Source: Clostridiales bacterium
GTDB lineage: Bacteria > Bacillota > Clostridia > Peptostreptococcales > Anaerovoracaceae
DNA: 52,863 nucleotides
NCBI GenBank assembly: GCA_012523915.1
Contig: JAAYSU010000135.1
Span: 1-52,863 of the forward strand
Direction of reading: 5' to 3'
Shown here: positions 1 through 7,617 of the stretch, piece after piece
How the letters are laid out: each line of letters opens with the position of its first letter
Position numbering within the stretch: the stretch's first letter is position 1
Notes under the pieces: generated by a model
Told to the model about the DNA's origin: nothing
The model's database searches: none
What the model saw: the letters and a program-made list of their open reading frames with translations, nothing else
Position numbers and translations under genes: made by a program

Positions 1-229
1 AAAACCCTCGAATGCTTTCATTTAATGAATGGTATATACTCTTTAATAGCTACGGGAATGGACGAGGATATTGTAGTTCACCCAATCTTTCAAGGACTTA
101 CCATTGCGCTGAAATGTTTGTGGGATGGTAGTCTGCAGTAGCAGAAATAGCCCACCTGGAGCAACAATTATCATTTCTATTAGAAAATGAAAAGTTACAC
201 TTGAAAACGTATTTTAAGGGTGGTATTCT

Positions 230-350
230 AGAGCAAAGTAGAGTAAATATTGTGCGCTTGTCTTTATTTAGACATGTAGTGTCATGGGATGGGATGTTGC
301 CCATGAACGAAAAACTACGGTTTGCGATACAATATTGCGTCCGCTGCTGC
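230..350 (+). promoter_or_regulatory. THF (tetrahydrofolate) riboswitch aptamer (folT motif)
   Basis: Read directly: AAGUAG near the 5' end. P2 pairs AAUAUUGU (246-253) with ACAAUAUU (329-336). Hairpin CAUGGG (283-288) / CCCAUG (300-305) has loop AUGGGAUGUUG, followed by ACGAA and a closing GCGUCCGCUGCU. Architecture and loop match the Eubacterium siraeum THF riboswitch as I remember it. It sits about 70 nt upstream of a folate ECF S-component gene. The expression platform is not resolved. Confidence 0.85.
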
Positions 351-417
351 ATTAAGGAGAATTTAACATTCCATCCTCTTTAGTGTAGTAATCACTTTTG
401 AAGGAAGGAATTTTTTT

Positions 418-930
418 ATGAAAGGAAAAATAAATACAAGAACCCTTATTCTAATAGCTTTATTTGCGGCTATAAGTATTATATTAGCCAGATTTTTTGT
501 TGTATATCTCACCAACAGTTTGCGTATAAGCTTTGGCAATATACCAATAATCTTGGCCAGCCTCTTGCTTGGGCCGATCGCAGGCGGTCTAACCGCTGCT
601 ATAGCAGATATTCTAGGAGCCTCACTTTTTTCACCCCTTGCCTGGTATCCGCCTTTAACCATATCACCGGTAATTGTCGGCATTTTACCAGCCCTATTGA
701 AAAAGAGGGTCCTACATAAAGTAACTATCTGGCGCCTTTATATCATCATTTTCATAACTAATTTAATTACAAGCATAGGTATAACCACCTATCTTCTTTC
801 TAAGCTCTATGGCTCGCCCTACTTATCCCTGCTTGCCGTGAGGGCACCCCTATCTATATTAGTCAGTATAATAGAAGGATTGGTTGTTTACATATTGTAT
901 AAGAGGCTGATGAAAAACAGTCTCTATTGA
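418..930 (+). CDS. folT: Folate-family ECF transporter S component
   Basis: 170 aa and about 5-6 TM segments. The N-terminus MKGKINTRTLILIALFAAISIILARF...ISFGNIPIILASLLLGPIAGGLTAAIADILGA is typical of FolT-type S components. SD AAGGAAGGA lies upstream, and the gene follows a THF riboswitch. Confidence 0.85.
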   Translation: MKGKINTRTLILIALFAAISIILARFFVVYLTNSLRISFGNIPIILASLLLGPIAGGLTAAIADILGASLFSPLAWYPPLTISPVIVGILPALLKKRVLHKVTIWRLYIIIFITNLITSIGITTYLLSKLYGSPYLSLLAVRAPLSILVSIIEGLVVYILYKRLMKNSLY

Positions 931-1868
931 TATTTCCCGCATCGATCTGAAAAGCACCCAAGCTGTTGCCCTTCGGATTTAATTATGGTAACTTCGCAGT
1001 GATTATCACAATCCTGGCACACAAAATGATCCGTTACTATTTCCTCATTGCCTGTAGCAAACCCACGGAAATTCGTTCTTTCTTTTGTATGTTCATATTT
1101 TTCTTTAGCTAAGATGGCTGCACCGTAAGCACCCATGACATTATAATACTCTGGTACAAAAACCTCACAACCAAGCTCCTCTTCAAAGGCTCGCTTGATA
1201 CCTAAGTTTGCCGCCACTCCACCTTGAAAACATACTTTAGATTTTATAGCTTTTCCCTTTGCTACATTAGATAAATAATTACGCACCAAGGCCTTAGACA
1301 TACCCGCCACTATATCTTCTATCCTACATCCCAGCTGCTGCTTATGTATGATGTCGGATTCTGAAAATACAGCACACCTGCCCGCTATAGCAACAGGATT
1401 TTTAGATTTTAATGCAATTTGACCCAATTCTTCTACCCTATAGCCAAGTCTTTCTGCTTGACGGTCCAAGAAGGATCCGGTACCTGCTGCACAAACAGTA
1501 TTCATGGCAAAATCAGATATTACCCCGTCTCTTATTAAAATAATTTTTGAATCCTGTCCTCCAATCTCTAGCACAGTGCTTATAGCAGGATCTACAGTAG
1601 AAGCTGCTACGGCATGGGCTGTTATTTCATTCTTAACAATATCACCCCCTACGATCGCACCTGCTAAACTCCTTCCGCTTCCTGTTGTGCCTACACCCCA
1701 TATATCATCATCCCTATAGCGATCGCTAAAAAGACGCAGTCCTTCTTTTATAGCTTCAATTGGAGCTCCTCGCGTCTTTAAGTATAGCTGATCTATTATT
1801 TCATTCTCCTGATTCATAATAATAAGATTTGTACTTACAGAACCAACATCAATTCCTAAATATAACAT
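924..1868 (-). CDS. BcrA/BadF/HgdC-family ATPase (acyl-CoA dehydratase/reductase activase-like) with extra C-terminal Cys-rich motif
   Basis: Has the ASKHA N-terminus MLYLGIDVGSVSTN and a second phosphate motif EIGGQDSK. The two cluster-ligand contexts VCAAGTGSF and GRCAVFSESD match HgdC-type activators. The additional tail is CQDCDNHCEV...GCFSDRCGKY. It overlaps the upstream gene by 13 nt. Confidence 0.85.
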   Translation of the reverse strand: MLYLGIDVGSVSTNLIIMNQENEIIDQLYLKTRGAPIEAIKEGLRLFSDRYRDDDIWGVGTTGSGRSLAGAIVGGDIVKNEITAHAVAASTVDPAISTVLEIGGQDSKIILIRDGVISDFAMNTVCAAGTGSFLDRQAERLGYRVEELGQIALKSKNPVAIAGRCAVFSESDIIHKQQLGCRIEDIVAGMSKALVRNYLSNVAKGKAIKSKVCFQGGVAANLGIKRAFEEELGCEVFVPEYYNVMGAYGAAILAKEKYEHTKERTNFRGFATGNEEIVTDHFVCQDCDNHCEVTIIKSEGQQLGCFSDRCGKYQ

Positions 1869-2962
1869 TTTCTCCCCTTATACAAATTAAGATTTTTTCT
1901 TCTCATCAACATATCTATAAAAGCCTCTATACGTGTAACGTATCCTGCTTCTCCCACCATTTCATCAAACACTATAGATAAGACTGGTAAATTTTCATCC
2001 CTTGATAGACCGTCAAATACAGACTTTGCCACAATTTCCGGCATACAGCCAACAGGCAGAATCTGTATTATTCCATCGAAGTTTGCTTTATTAAAACGGT
2101 AAATCCCGCTTACAGTCTCCTTTGCATATCCGCCAATTCTATATGGAATATACTCATTAAAGCGTTTGTTAGAAAAATAGCCGCCTAATGGATTGATAAC
2201 AGTATTGTCTAACCACCACCCTATAGATATTGTCTTTTCAAAGGAAACTCCCATATCCATTAATTTTTCTTCTATATTGTGGTTGCTAAAGCTATCAATG
2301 CAAGTAAATATCTCTCCTGTAAGAATGATTTTAATTGGTTCCTTTAATTGATCTAGTTCAAGACTCTCTATAGAATTATGGCCCTTTTCTAAAATTTTTA
2401 ATGCCATATTAATACTTGTCGTTCTTGCTAAACCTCTTCTGCATTTTTTAACTATTTCTTTTGATTTACCCGCCTGCTTTTCATAGCCCGAATATAATCT
2501 TGCTTTTTTTTCTAGCTTCTCAAACTCCTTAATAACTGTATAAACACCTTTTAAAGCTCTTACTATCTCAGCTCTGCTACAATTGCTGTCCTCTACAATA
2601 GAAACCAGTCTTTTCTTTAGATTGGGTAGACCAATAGCTGATATGGAATCTAAGAGAATCCAATTATACTTATATCCGTGCCTGTCCAGGACCACCTTCA
2701 GCACTTCTCCGTATTCACCTAATCTACATGGTCCCATAGTCGCAGGCATTATAACCGTATCAGCCCCTTTCTCCCAAGCGGATATCAAATTATCAACCAT
2801 GAGTTTGAATGGCAGGCAGATATCTTCAGGAGATATGCTTGATCCTCTTTCTAGTCCAATCTGGCTGTTATGATCAGGGATTACTAATTCCATTCCAATC
2901 TCTTGGAATAATAGCCTGCCGTATATATGGGCATCCCCCAATCTAGGATAAGTAATCCTCAC
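1856..2962 (-). CDS. Acyl-CoA dehydratase activase-related protein (DUF2229-like), paralogue B
   Basis: 368 aa. GTG start at 2962 has GGAGA 7 nt upstream. Motifs EDICLPFK and LPVGCMPE parallel DEACLPIK and SFSCGTDS in the upstream paralogue. The C-terminus is DEMVGEAGYVTRIEAFIDML. It resembles the C-terminal parts of the large fused CoA-substrate-specific enzyme activase proteins. Confidence 0.75.
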   Translation of the reverse strand: MRITYPRLGDAHIYGRLLFQEIGMELVIPDHNSQIGLERGSSISPEDICLPFKLMVDNLISAWEKGADTVIMPATMGPCRLGEYGEVLKVVLDRHGYKYNWILLDSISAIGLPNLKKRLVSIVEDSNCSRAEIVRALKGVYTVIKEFEKLEKKARLYSGYEKQAGKSKEIVKKCRRGLARTTSINMALKILEKGHNSIESLELDQLKEPIKIILTGEIFTCIDSFSNHNIEEKLMDMGVSFEKTISIGWWLDNTVINPLGGYFSNKRFNEYIPYRIGGYAKETVSGIYRFNKANFDGIIQILPVGCMPEIVAKSVFDGLSRDENLPVLSIVFDEMVGEAGYVTRIEAFIDMLMRRKNLNLYKGRKCYI

Positions 2963-3851
2963 GCATCTTTCTCCTTTCTAAAAGCTCTATAAAGGCCTCT
3001 ATCCTTGTATTAAAACCTGCTTCCCCAGTATGCTCATCAAGTTTTAAAACTAAGATGGGCAAATCTTTAACCTTATTCCGAATCAATTCAATAGTTATCG
3101 AATCTGTGCCACAGCTAAAAGATGAGAGATATATTATTCCGTCAATTCTCTTTTCCTCCGAGAGATAACTTGCTGCGCCATAGTTATCTCTTAAAAAAAG
3201 CCAGTATGGCTTTTTCAGCAACCCTATTTGTTGTTTTAGCTTGTAATCTTCAGGAACATCTTCCTCTGTTACTATCCCTATATCCATATTTTTGAGTTTA
3301 TCTTTTAAATTCATATTGATAAAAGAGTCCTTAGTATTATAGGGATGTCCTAACAACGCAATTACTATTCTATTGTCCAGCTCTTCCCTTTGCTTATTTA
3401 CGTATAATTCTTTAAATGCGAATTCAAAGGCCCTGCTTGTTTTATAAGCTGATATTCCCAGCAATTTAGCATCCCGTATAAATGCCTTTTTAGCCTTGTT
3501 TTTATCATTAAGATAAAGGGGGCCGGTAAAAACTAGATTATCTTCTCCTGTACCACTTTTTACAAGCTCAGGCAACCCACAAAACTTTGGGCAAATGGAT
3601 TCTCCGTATTCACACTTCATCAGTCTGAGTACTGCAATTTTATCGCATTCTTTACGTAATTTTGAGACATGGCCGTGAAAAACTTTTATAGGCAGGCATG
3701 CTTCATCGACACAGGATTTAATACCCTCTTCTAAAATCTTTCTGTTTGTTTTGCCAGAATATATGACATCTACTCCTAATCTATCAAAAAAACACCTTAT
3801 AAACCGCTCATATCTATGAAACAATAAACCCTCGGGAATTCCTATTCTCAT
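2943..3851 (-). CDS. Acyl-CoA dehydratase activase-related protein, paralogue A
   Basis: 302 aa. N-terminus MRIGIPEGLLFHRYERFIRCFFDRLGVDVIYS, motifs VDEACLPIKVFHGH and SSFSCGTDS, and C-terminus DEHTGEAGFNTRIEAFIELL. It is the first gene of a translationally coupled three-gene operon, overlapping the next gene by 20 nt. Confidence 0.75.
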   Translation of the reverse strand: MRIGIPEGLLFHRYERFIRCFFDRLGVDVIYSGKTNRKILEEGIKSCVDEACLPIKVFHGHVSKLRKECDKIAVLRLMKCEYGESICPKFCGLPELVKSGTGEDNLVFTGPLYLNDKNKAKKAFIRDAKLLGISAYKTSRAFEFAFKELYVNKQREELDNRIVIALLGHPYNTKDSFINMNLKDKLKNMDIGIVTEEDVPEDYKLKQQIGLLKKPYWLFLRDNYGAASYLSEEKRIDGIIYLSSFSCGTDSITIELIRNKVKDLPILVLKLDEHTGEAGFNTRIEAFIELLERRKMREDYLS

Positions 3852-3862
3852 ATTCTCTCCAA

Positions 3863-3893
3863 TAAAAAAACTAACGGTATTGCTTACCGTTAG
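3863..3893 (-). terminator. Rho-independent terminator after the bactofilin gene, only 11 nt before the next start codon
   Basis: Minus-strand stem CTAACGGTA / TACCGTTAG (3871-3879 / 3885-3893) with a 5-nt loop, followed by a T8 run (plus-strand A run 3863-3870). Confidence 0.7.
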
Positions 3894-3937
3894 ATATTAT
3901 TGACACATTTTTAAGTTCTATAACTAATTATTAAAAT

Positions 3938-4615
3938 CTATTCATCCGTTTCTTGAGTGGATTCACTAAAATCCAAATCTTCAACTTCTTCTCTTCTCGG
4001 CCTGGTTACAGGTCTTTCTTCTTTAGCAAAGTCAAAGTCACTTTCACTTATTTTACCTGAAATAACCTCCATGTTTCCTTTCAGCTCAGAACCAGCCTCC
4101 ATTGAAACGGATTTTGCTTTCAGATTTCCTAATACAAGGGCAGCCTTCCTAAGAACAATTAATTCCTCTGCACGTATATCACCTTTTATCTTACCACTGA
4201 TCTCTACACTACCCGCATTAATATCTCCTACGATTATGGAAGATTCGTCAACGGATAATTCGCCGGAAGCAGTAACATTTCCCTTAATATTGCTGCGAAC
4301 CAGGCTCACATTGACACCCTTAGCATCACCTTCTATTGCGCCTCTTGATAAAATATCTCCGGCAGTTGTCACATTTCCTTTGACTTGTCCATTGATCTGA
4401 ATAGACGATTTCCCGTTAATAGAGCCTTCAATTACTACGTCCTCGGCAATAACGGAATTATAGCCGGTCTTATTGAAAACATTGTCTCTAGGAGGAAAAA
4501 TATTAGATGATGAGTCCGTGGTTGTTCTTTGTGGTTTCTCTTCGCTTGTTGCTTTTGATGATGCACCGTTCATTAGTTCATTAACTGCTATTTTAAAATT
4601 ACTTTGTCTACCCAT
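3938..4615 (-). CDS. Bactofilin-family cytoskeletal protein
   Basis: The central beta-helical repeat region IEGSINGKSSIQINGQVKGNVTTAGDILSRGAIEGDAKGVNV...GDINAGSVEISGKIKGDIRAEELIV is typical of DUF583/bactofilin. Both termini look disordered and the C-terminal tail is acidic. I chose the start at the second ATG because AAGGAG is 7 nt upstream of it. Confidence 0.85.
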   Translation of the reverse strand: MGRQSNFKIAVNELMNGASSKATSEEKPQRTTTDSSSNIFPPRDNVFNKTGYNSVIAEDVVIEGSINGKSSIQINGQVKGNVTTAGDILSRGAIEGDAKGVNVSLVRSNIKGNVTASGELSVDESSIIVGDINAGSVEISGKIKGDIRAEELIVLRKAALVLGNLKAKSVSMEAGSELKGNMEVISGKISESDFDFAKEERPVTRPRREEVEDLDFSESTQETDE

Positions 4616-4659
4616 GATCATACTCCTTAAATAATTTTTTATATATATTAATAAATAAA

Positions 4660-5574
4660 TTAGTTAATATAGCTGAAGGTTATGGGTTTAACCTGATTAG
4701 TTAACGGAAGTATCGTTTTCCCTGATGCTTTAAGACTGTCAATTATATCAGGCAGAGCCTGCAAGGTCCCCTTCTTCTGCAGGCTGTCATGAAAAAGCAC
4801 TATTGCCTTATCCTTTTTATCTATATCTTTTACAACATTGTTATAGATGGAATATTTAGAATAAAATCTTGCCGCATCTCCTGAATCCACATTCCAATCA
4901 TAATAGAGATAGCCCCTTCTCAACATTTCAGCAATAATAGTCTGATAGATCCCTTCATTATAGATATTTATGCTTCCTCCCGGAAATCTGAATATCTCGG
5001 GTTTATTTCCCGTTACCTCTTCTATCCATGTCGCAGTCATCTCGAAATCACTGAGAAAGGCCTCTACCGACGAGTATATTTGACTATAGATATGGGTAGT
5101 ACTATGTACTCCTATCGTATGTCCCTCTTCGGCAATCTCTCTTAATAATTCAGCTGCTTCTGAACTGTCGTTATATACAACAAAAAATGTTGCTTTAACA
5201 TCTTTTTCTTTTAGTACTTTTAGAATATCTTTTGTTACTGGAGAAGGTCCATCGTCAAAGGTCAAATAAACGCTATTTGGTACATCATCAAACATTTCTT
5301 CATTTCTTTCAACATATAAGTCCGGATATAATTCTTGGTATTCCAAGCTATATTCGGTTTTATTTTCATCAAGAAAAAAAGTTTGCTTTGCACTTGCGAA
5401 CCATTGCTCATCTACATAAATATTCTCTTTTATTAGCGACAGAGCCTCTACTTCTCTGTTGAGCTCAGAATTTTTAACAGCAAAATGTATGCATAATCCG
5501 GTTGGGACTATAATCATTAAGGCAATACAAGTTAAGATTAACCTTTTATAGAATTGAACACTTCCGATTTTCAT
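4660..5574 (-). CDS. Membrane-anchored polysaccharide deacetylase (NodB homology domain)
   Basis: Has an N-terminal TM segment. NodB motifs are VYLTFDDGPS, IGVHSTTH and a later FRFPGGS region. Start at MKIGS has GGAGA 6 nt upstream; the ORF-track start is over-extended. Confidence 0.85.
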   Translation of the reverse strand: MKIGSVQFYKRLILTCIALMIIVPTGLCIHFAVKNSELNREVEALSLIKENIYVDEQWFASAKQTFFLDENKTEYSLEYQELYPDLYVERNEEMFDDVPNSVYLTFDDGPSPVTKDILKVLKEKDVKATFFVVYNDSSEAAELLREIAEEGHTIGVHSTTHIYSQIYSSVEAFLSDFEMTATWIEEVTGNKPEIFRFPGGSINIYNEGIYQTIIAEMLRRGYLYYDWNVDSGDAARFYSKYSIYNNVVKDIDKKDKAIVLFHDSLQKKGTLQALPDIIDSLKASGKTILPLTNQVKPITFSYIN

Positions 5575-5630
5575 GCACATTCTCCATTTCAACATAATAC
5601 TACAAAAAAATCCAAAAATGTGCAAGGTGT

Positions 5631-5873
5631 TTAGGATATTATTTCATAAATATTTTGAGCCATGTCTTTACTTATATGGTCAGGCGTATCTATAACCCTA
5701 ACTTTAATCTCGCCGCCTCCAAAGCGTATCTCTATAATGTCTCCTTCCTTAACAGTATTTCCAGGCTTAGCCACCTTCCCGTTTATAAACACTCTATCAT
5801 TCATACAAGCTTCTCTAGCAACAGTCCTTCTTTTAATTAGCCTTGAGACTTTTAAATATTTGTCTATTCTCAT
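5631..5873 (-). CDS. S4-domain RNA-binding protein (YabO/Hsp15-like)
   Basis: MRIDKYLKVSRLIKRRTVAREA...NGKVAKPGNTVKEGDIIEI is a canonical S4 domain. The position matches yabO downstream of mazG/hup in Firmicutes. Confidence 0.85.
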   Translation of the reverse strand: MRIDKYLKVSRLIKRRTVAREACMNDRVFINGKVAKPGNTVKEGDIIEIRFGGGEIKVRVIDTPDHISKDMAQNIYEIIS

Positions 5874-5971
5874 ATTACCCCCATAGTTCAAGATGTTTTT
5901 ATATATAAAAGGTAGCTATTCATTTCCCTATTTTTCACACATTATATCACTATTTCTACATTATTACTATT

Positions 5972-6253
5972 TCATTTTTTCCTCTTGCATGGAATAGGTA
6001 TTAACGATCCGATAAATAATGGCAAGATAATTGTTTCAGCTACAATTGCCCACATTTGGATTACAGCAACCCCTGTACCTGCTAAATGCTCTGGCGTCTC
6101 AATCAAAGAACAAATCTCACAAATCAATGTGAGAACGCCTAAAAAGATTACAGTAGTTTTTTTCTTGACAAGAAGTAAACCTATAATAAAAAATACCAGC
6201 ATTATTATATATAAATCAACGCCAGCACCAATAAATGCAAGATTGATCAACAT
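5972..6253 (-). CDS. Small hydrophobic membrane protein, unknown function
   Basis: About 93 aa with three predicted TM segments. Start at MLINLAF has GGAGGG 8 nt upstream. I recognise no family. Confidence 0.5.
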   Translation of the reverse strand: MLINLAFIGAGVDLYIIMLVFFIIGLLLVKKKTTVIFLGVLTLICEICSLIETPEHLAGTGVAVIQMWAIVAETIILPLFIGSLIPIPCKRKK

Positions 6254-6352
6254 CTTATTGCCCTCCGTTTTTACTGAACCTAGATATTCACATCGTATCA
6301 TTTCTATGTTCAAAACTCAAACAACTATGCTGTTATAAGGGTAGAAAGCTTG

Positions 6353-6390
6353 AAAAATACAAAAGAGAGAATAATTACTAATCCTCTCTT
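6353..6390 (-). terminator. Rho-independent terminator after hup
   Basis: 7-bp stem AAGAGAG / CTCTCTT (6363-6369 / 6384-6390), followed by a T-rich tract on the minus strand. Confidence 0.55.
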
Positions 6391-6465
6391 TTATTAATTC
6401 ATATAATATAATTTCTAAATCAACTTACTACTAAACCCAAAATTATTTTGGTTCGAAGTCCACTA

Positions 6466-6744
6466 TTATTTGTTCACAGCATCCTTTAATGCCTTACCAG
6501 CTTTGAACACAGGAGCTTTTGAAGCTTTAATTTCAATAATTTCACCAGGTTTTCTGGGGTTTCTACCCTGTCTGGCCTTTCTTTGTCTGGTCTCAAATGT
6601 GCCAAATCCAATAAGCTGAACCTTTTCTCCCCTTACTAGGGCCTCTTGTACGCTAGCTACAAATGCGTTTACTGCAACCTCTGCATCTTTCTTTGTAAAA
6701 CCAGCCTTTTCGGCTACGCTAGCTACTAATTCTGCTTTATTCAC
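6466..6744 (-). CDS. hup: HU-family DNA-binding protein
   Basis: [28 protein letters not shown]...[45 protein letters not shown] is canonical HU. GTG start has AAGGAGG 7 nt upstream; the ORF-track start is over-extended. Confidence 0.95.
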   Translation of the reverse strand: MNKAELVASVAEKAGFTKKDAEVAVNAFVASVQEALVRGEKVQLIGFGTFETRQRKARQGRNPRKPGEIIEIKASKAPVFKAGKALKDAVNK

Positions 6745-6810
6745 GTATCTTACCTCCTTATAAAATTCGCTTTTAAAATATCTTATCACTTTGCTTCACA
6801 AACACTTCTA

Positions 6811-7617
6811 TCAATAGAGCGCCTTGGAGTCCTCCCAAAGCTTGTCCATTTCTGAAAGAGTTAGTTCTTCTAATTTCCGACCCTCTTCTTTGGCACTGCT
6901 TTCGATAAAGCCAAACCTTCTAATAAATTTCTGTGAAGCAAAATTCAAAGCGTCTTCAGGGTCGACCTGGAGAAATCTCGCTACATTAACAACTGCAAAC
7001 AACAGATCTCCAAGTTCTTCAACGATTGAATCTTGATTGCTCTTTTTATAGGCTTCAAATAGTTCCTTGGTTTCTTCGGTAATTTTCTCGAAAGCAGAGT
7101 CTGTATCATTCCAATCAAAGCCTACTTGAGCTGCCTTTGCCTGAACTTTATAACTCTTTCTTAAAGCCGGCAAAGATTTCGGGATTCTCTTCATAGATTC
7201 CGTGTAGGATATCTGGGCTTCCCTTTGCTTCATATTCTCCCATTTTTCAACGACTGTGTCAATACTATCTATGCTAAAATTTGAAAAAATATGGGGATGA
7301 CGGCGTATCATTTTTTCACATTCACGGTTAGCTATGGATTTCAGATCAAATTTGCCCTCTTCTTTGCCCAAATCGCTATGGAAAATCACCTGTAGAAGTA
7401 CATCTCCCAATTCTTCTTCGAGATTATCCCAGTCTTTATTGTCTATAGCCTCAAGTACCTCATAAGCCTCTTCAACAAGGCAGGGTTTTAAGCTTTCATG
7501 TGTTTGTGCTTTATCCCAAGGACAGCCCTCTTCACTTCTTAATATGCTGATAATCTTAGCTAGACGCTTGACAGCCTCCTCATCTGTTTTCCCTTCTAAA
7601 TATAAATCTTCAAACAT
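6811..7617 (-). CDS. mazG: MazG-family nucleoside triphosphate pyrophosphohydrolase
   Basis: Tandem MazG domains with EEAYEVLEAI...EELGDVLLQV and EETKELFEA...EELGDLLFAV motifs. Its start overlaps the upstream stop by 1 nt (TAATG). Confidence 0.9.
   Translation of the reverse strand: MFEDLYLEGKTDEEAVKRLAKIISILRSEEGCPWDKAQTHESLKPCLVEEAYEVLEAIDNKDWDNLEEELGDVLLQVIFHSDLGKEEGKFDLKSIANRECEKMIRRHPHIFSNFSIDSIDTVVEKWENMKQREAQISYTESMKRIPKSLPALRKSYKVQAKAAQVGFDWNDTDSAFEKITEETKELFEAYKKSNQDSIVEELGDLLFAVVNVARFLQVDPEDALNFASQKFIRRFGFIESSAKEEGRKLEELTLSEMDKLWEDSKALY

Noticed and set aside
1-141. Frame +1 is open from the window edge to TAG at 139-141 (…KTLECFHLMNGIYSLIATGMDEDIVVHPIFQGLTIALKCLWDGSLQ)
   Set aside because: It could be the 3' end of a gene truncated by the window. 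However, 46 codons with no recognisable motif is too little to support a call.
98-683. ORF-track entries 98..352 (-), 201..383 (+) and 363..683 (-)
   Set aside because: They overlap the THF riboswitch or run antisense to folT. They have no SD and no recognisable family, and their composition is typical of shadow frames.
3957-4400. The 147-aa plus-strand ORF inside the bactofilin gene, and many similar antisense ORFs (for example 1504..1719, 2583..2873, 8827..9105, 9649..10014, 23787..24164, 35257..35607, 48024..48482, 51074..51322)
   Set aside because: Each lies fully inside, and opposite to, a gene with strong family motifs. Their Ser/Leu/Ile/Pro-rich products are typical of antisense frames of AT-rich genes.
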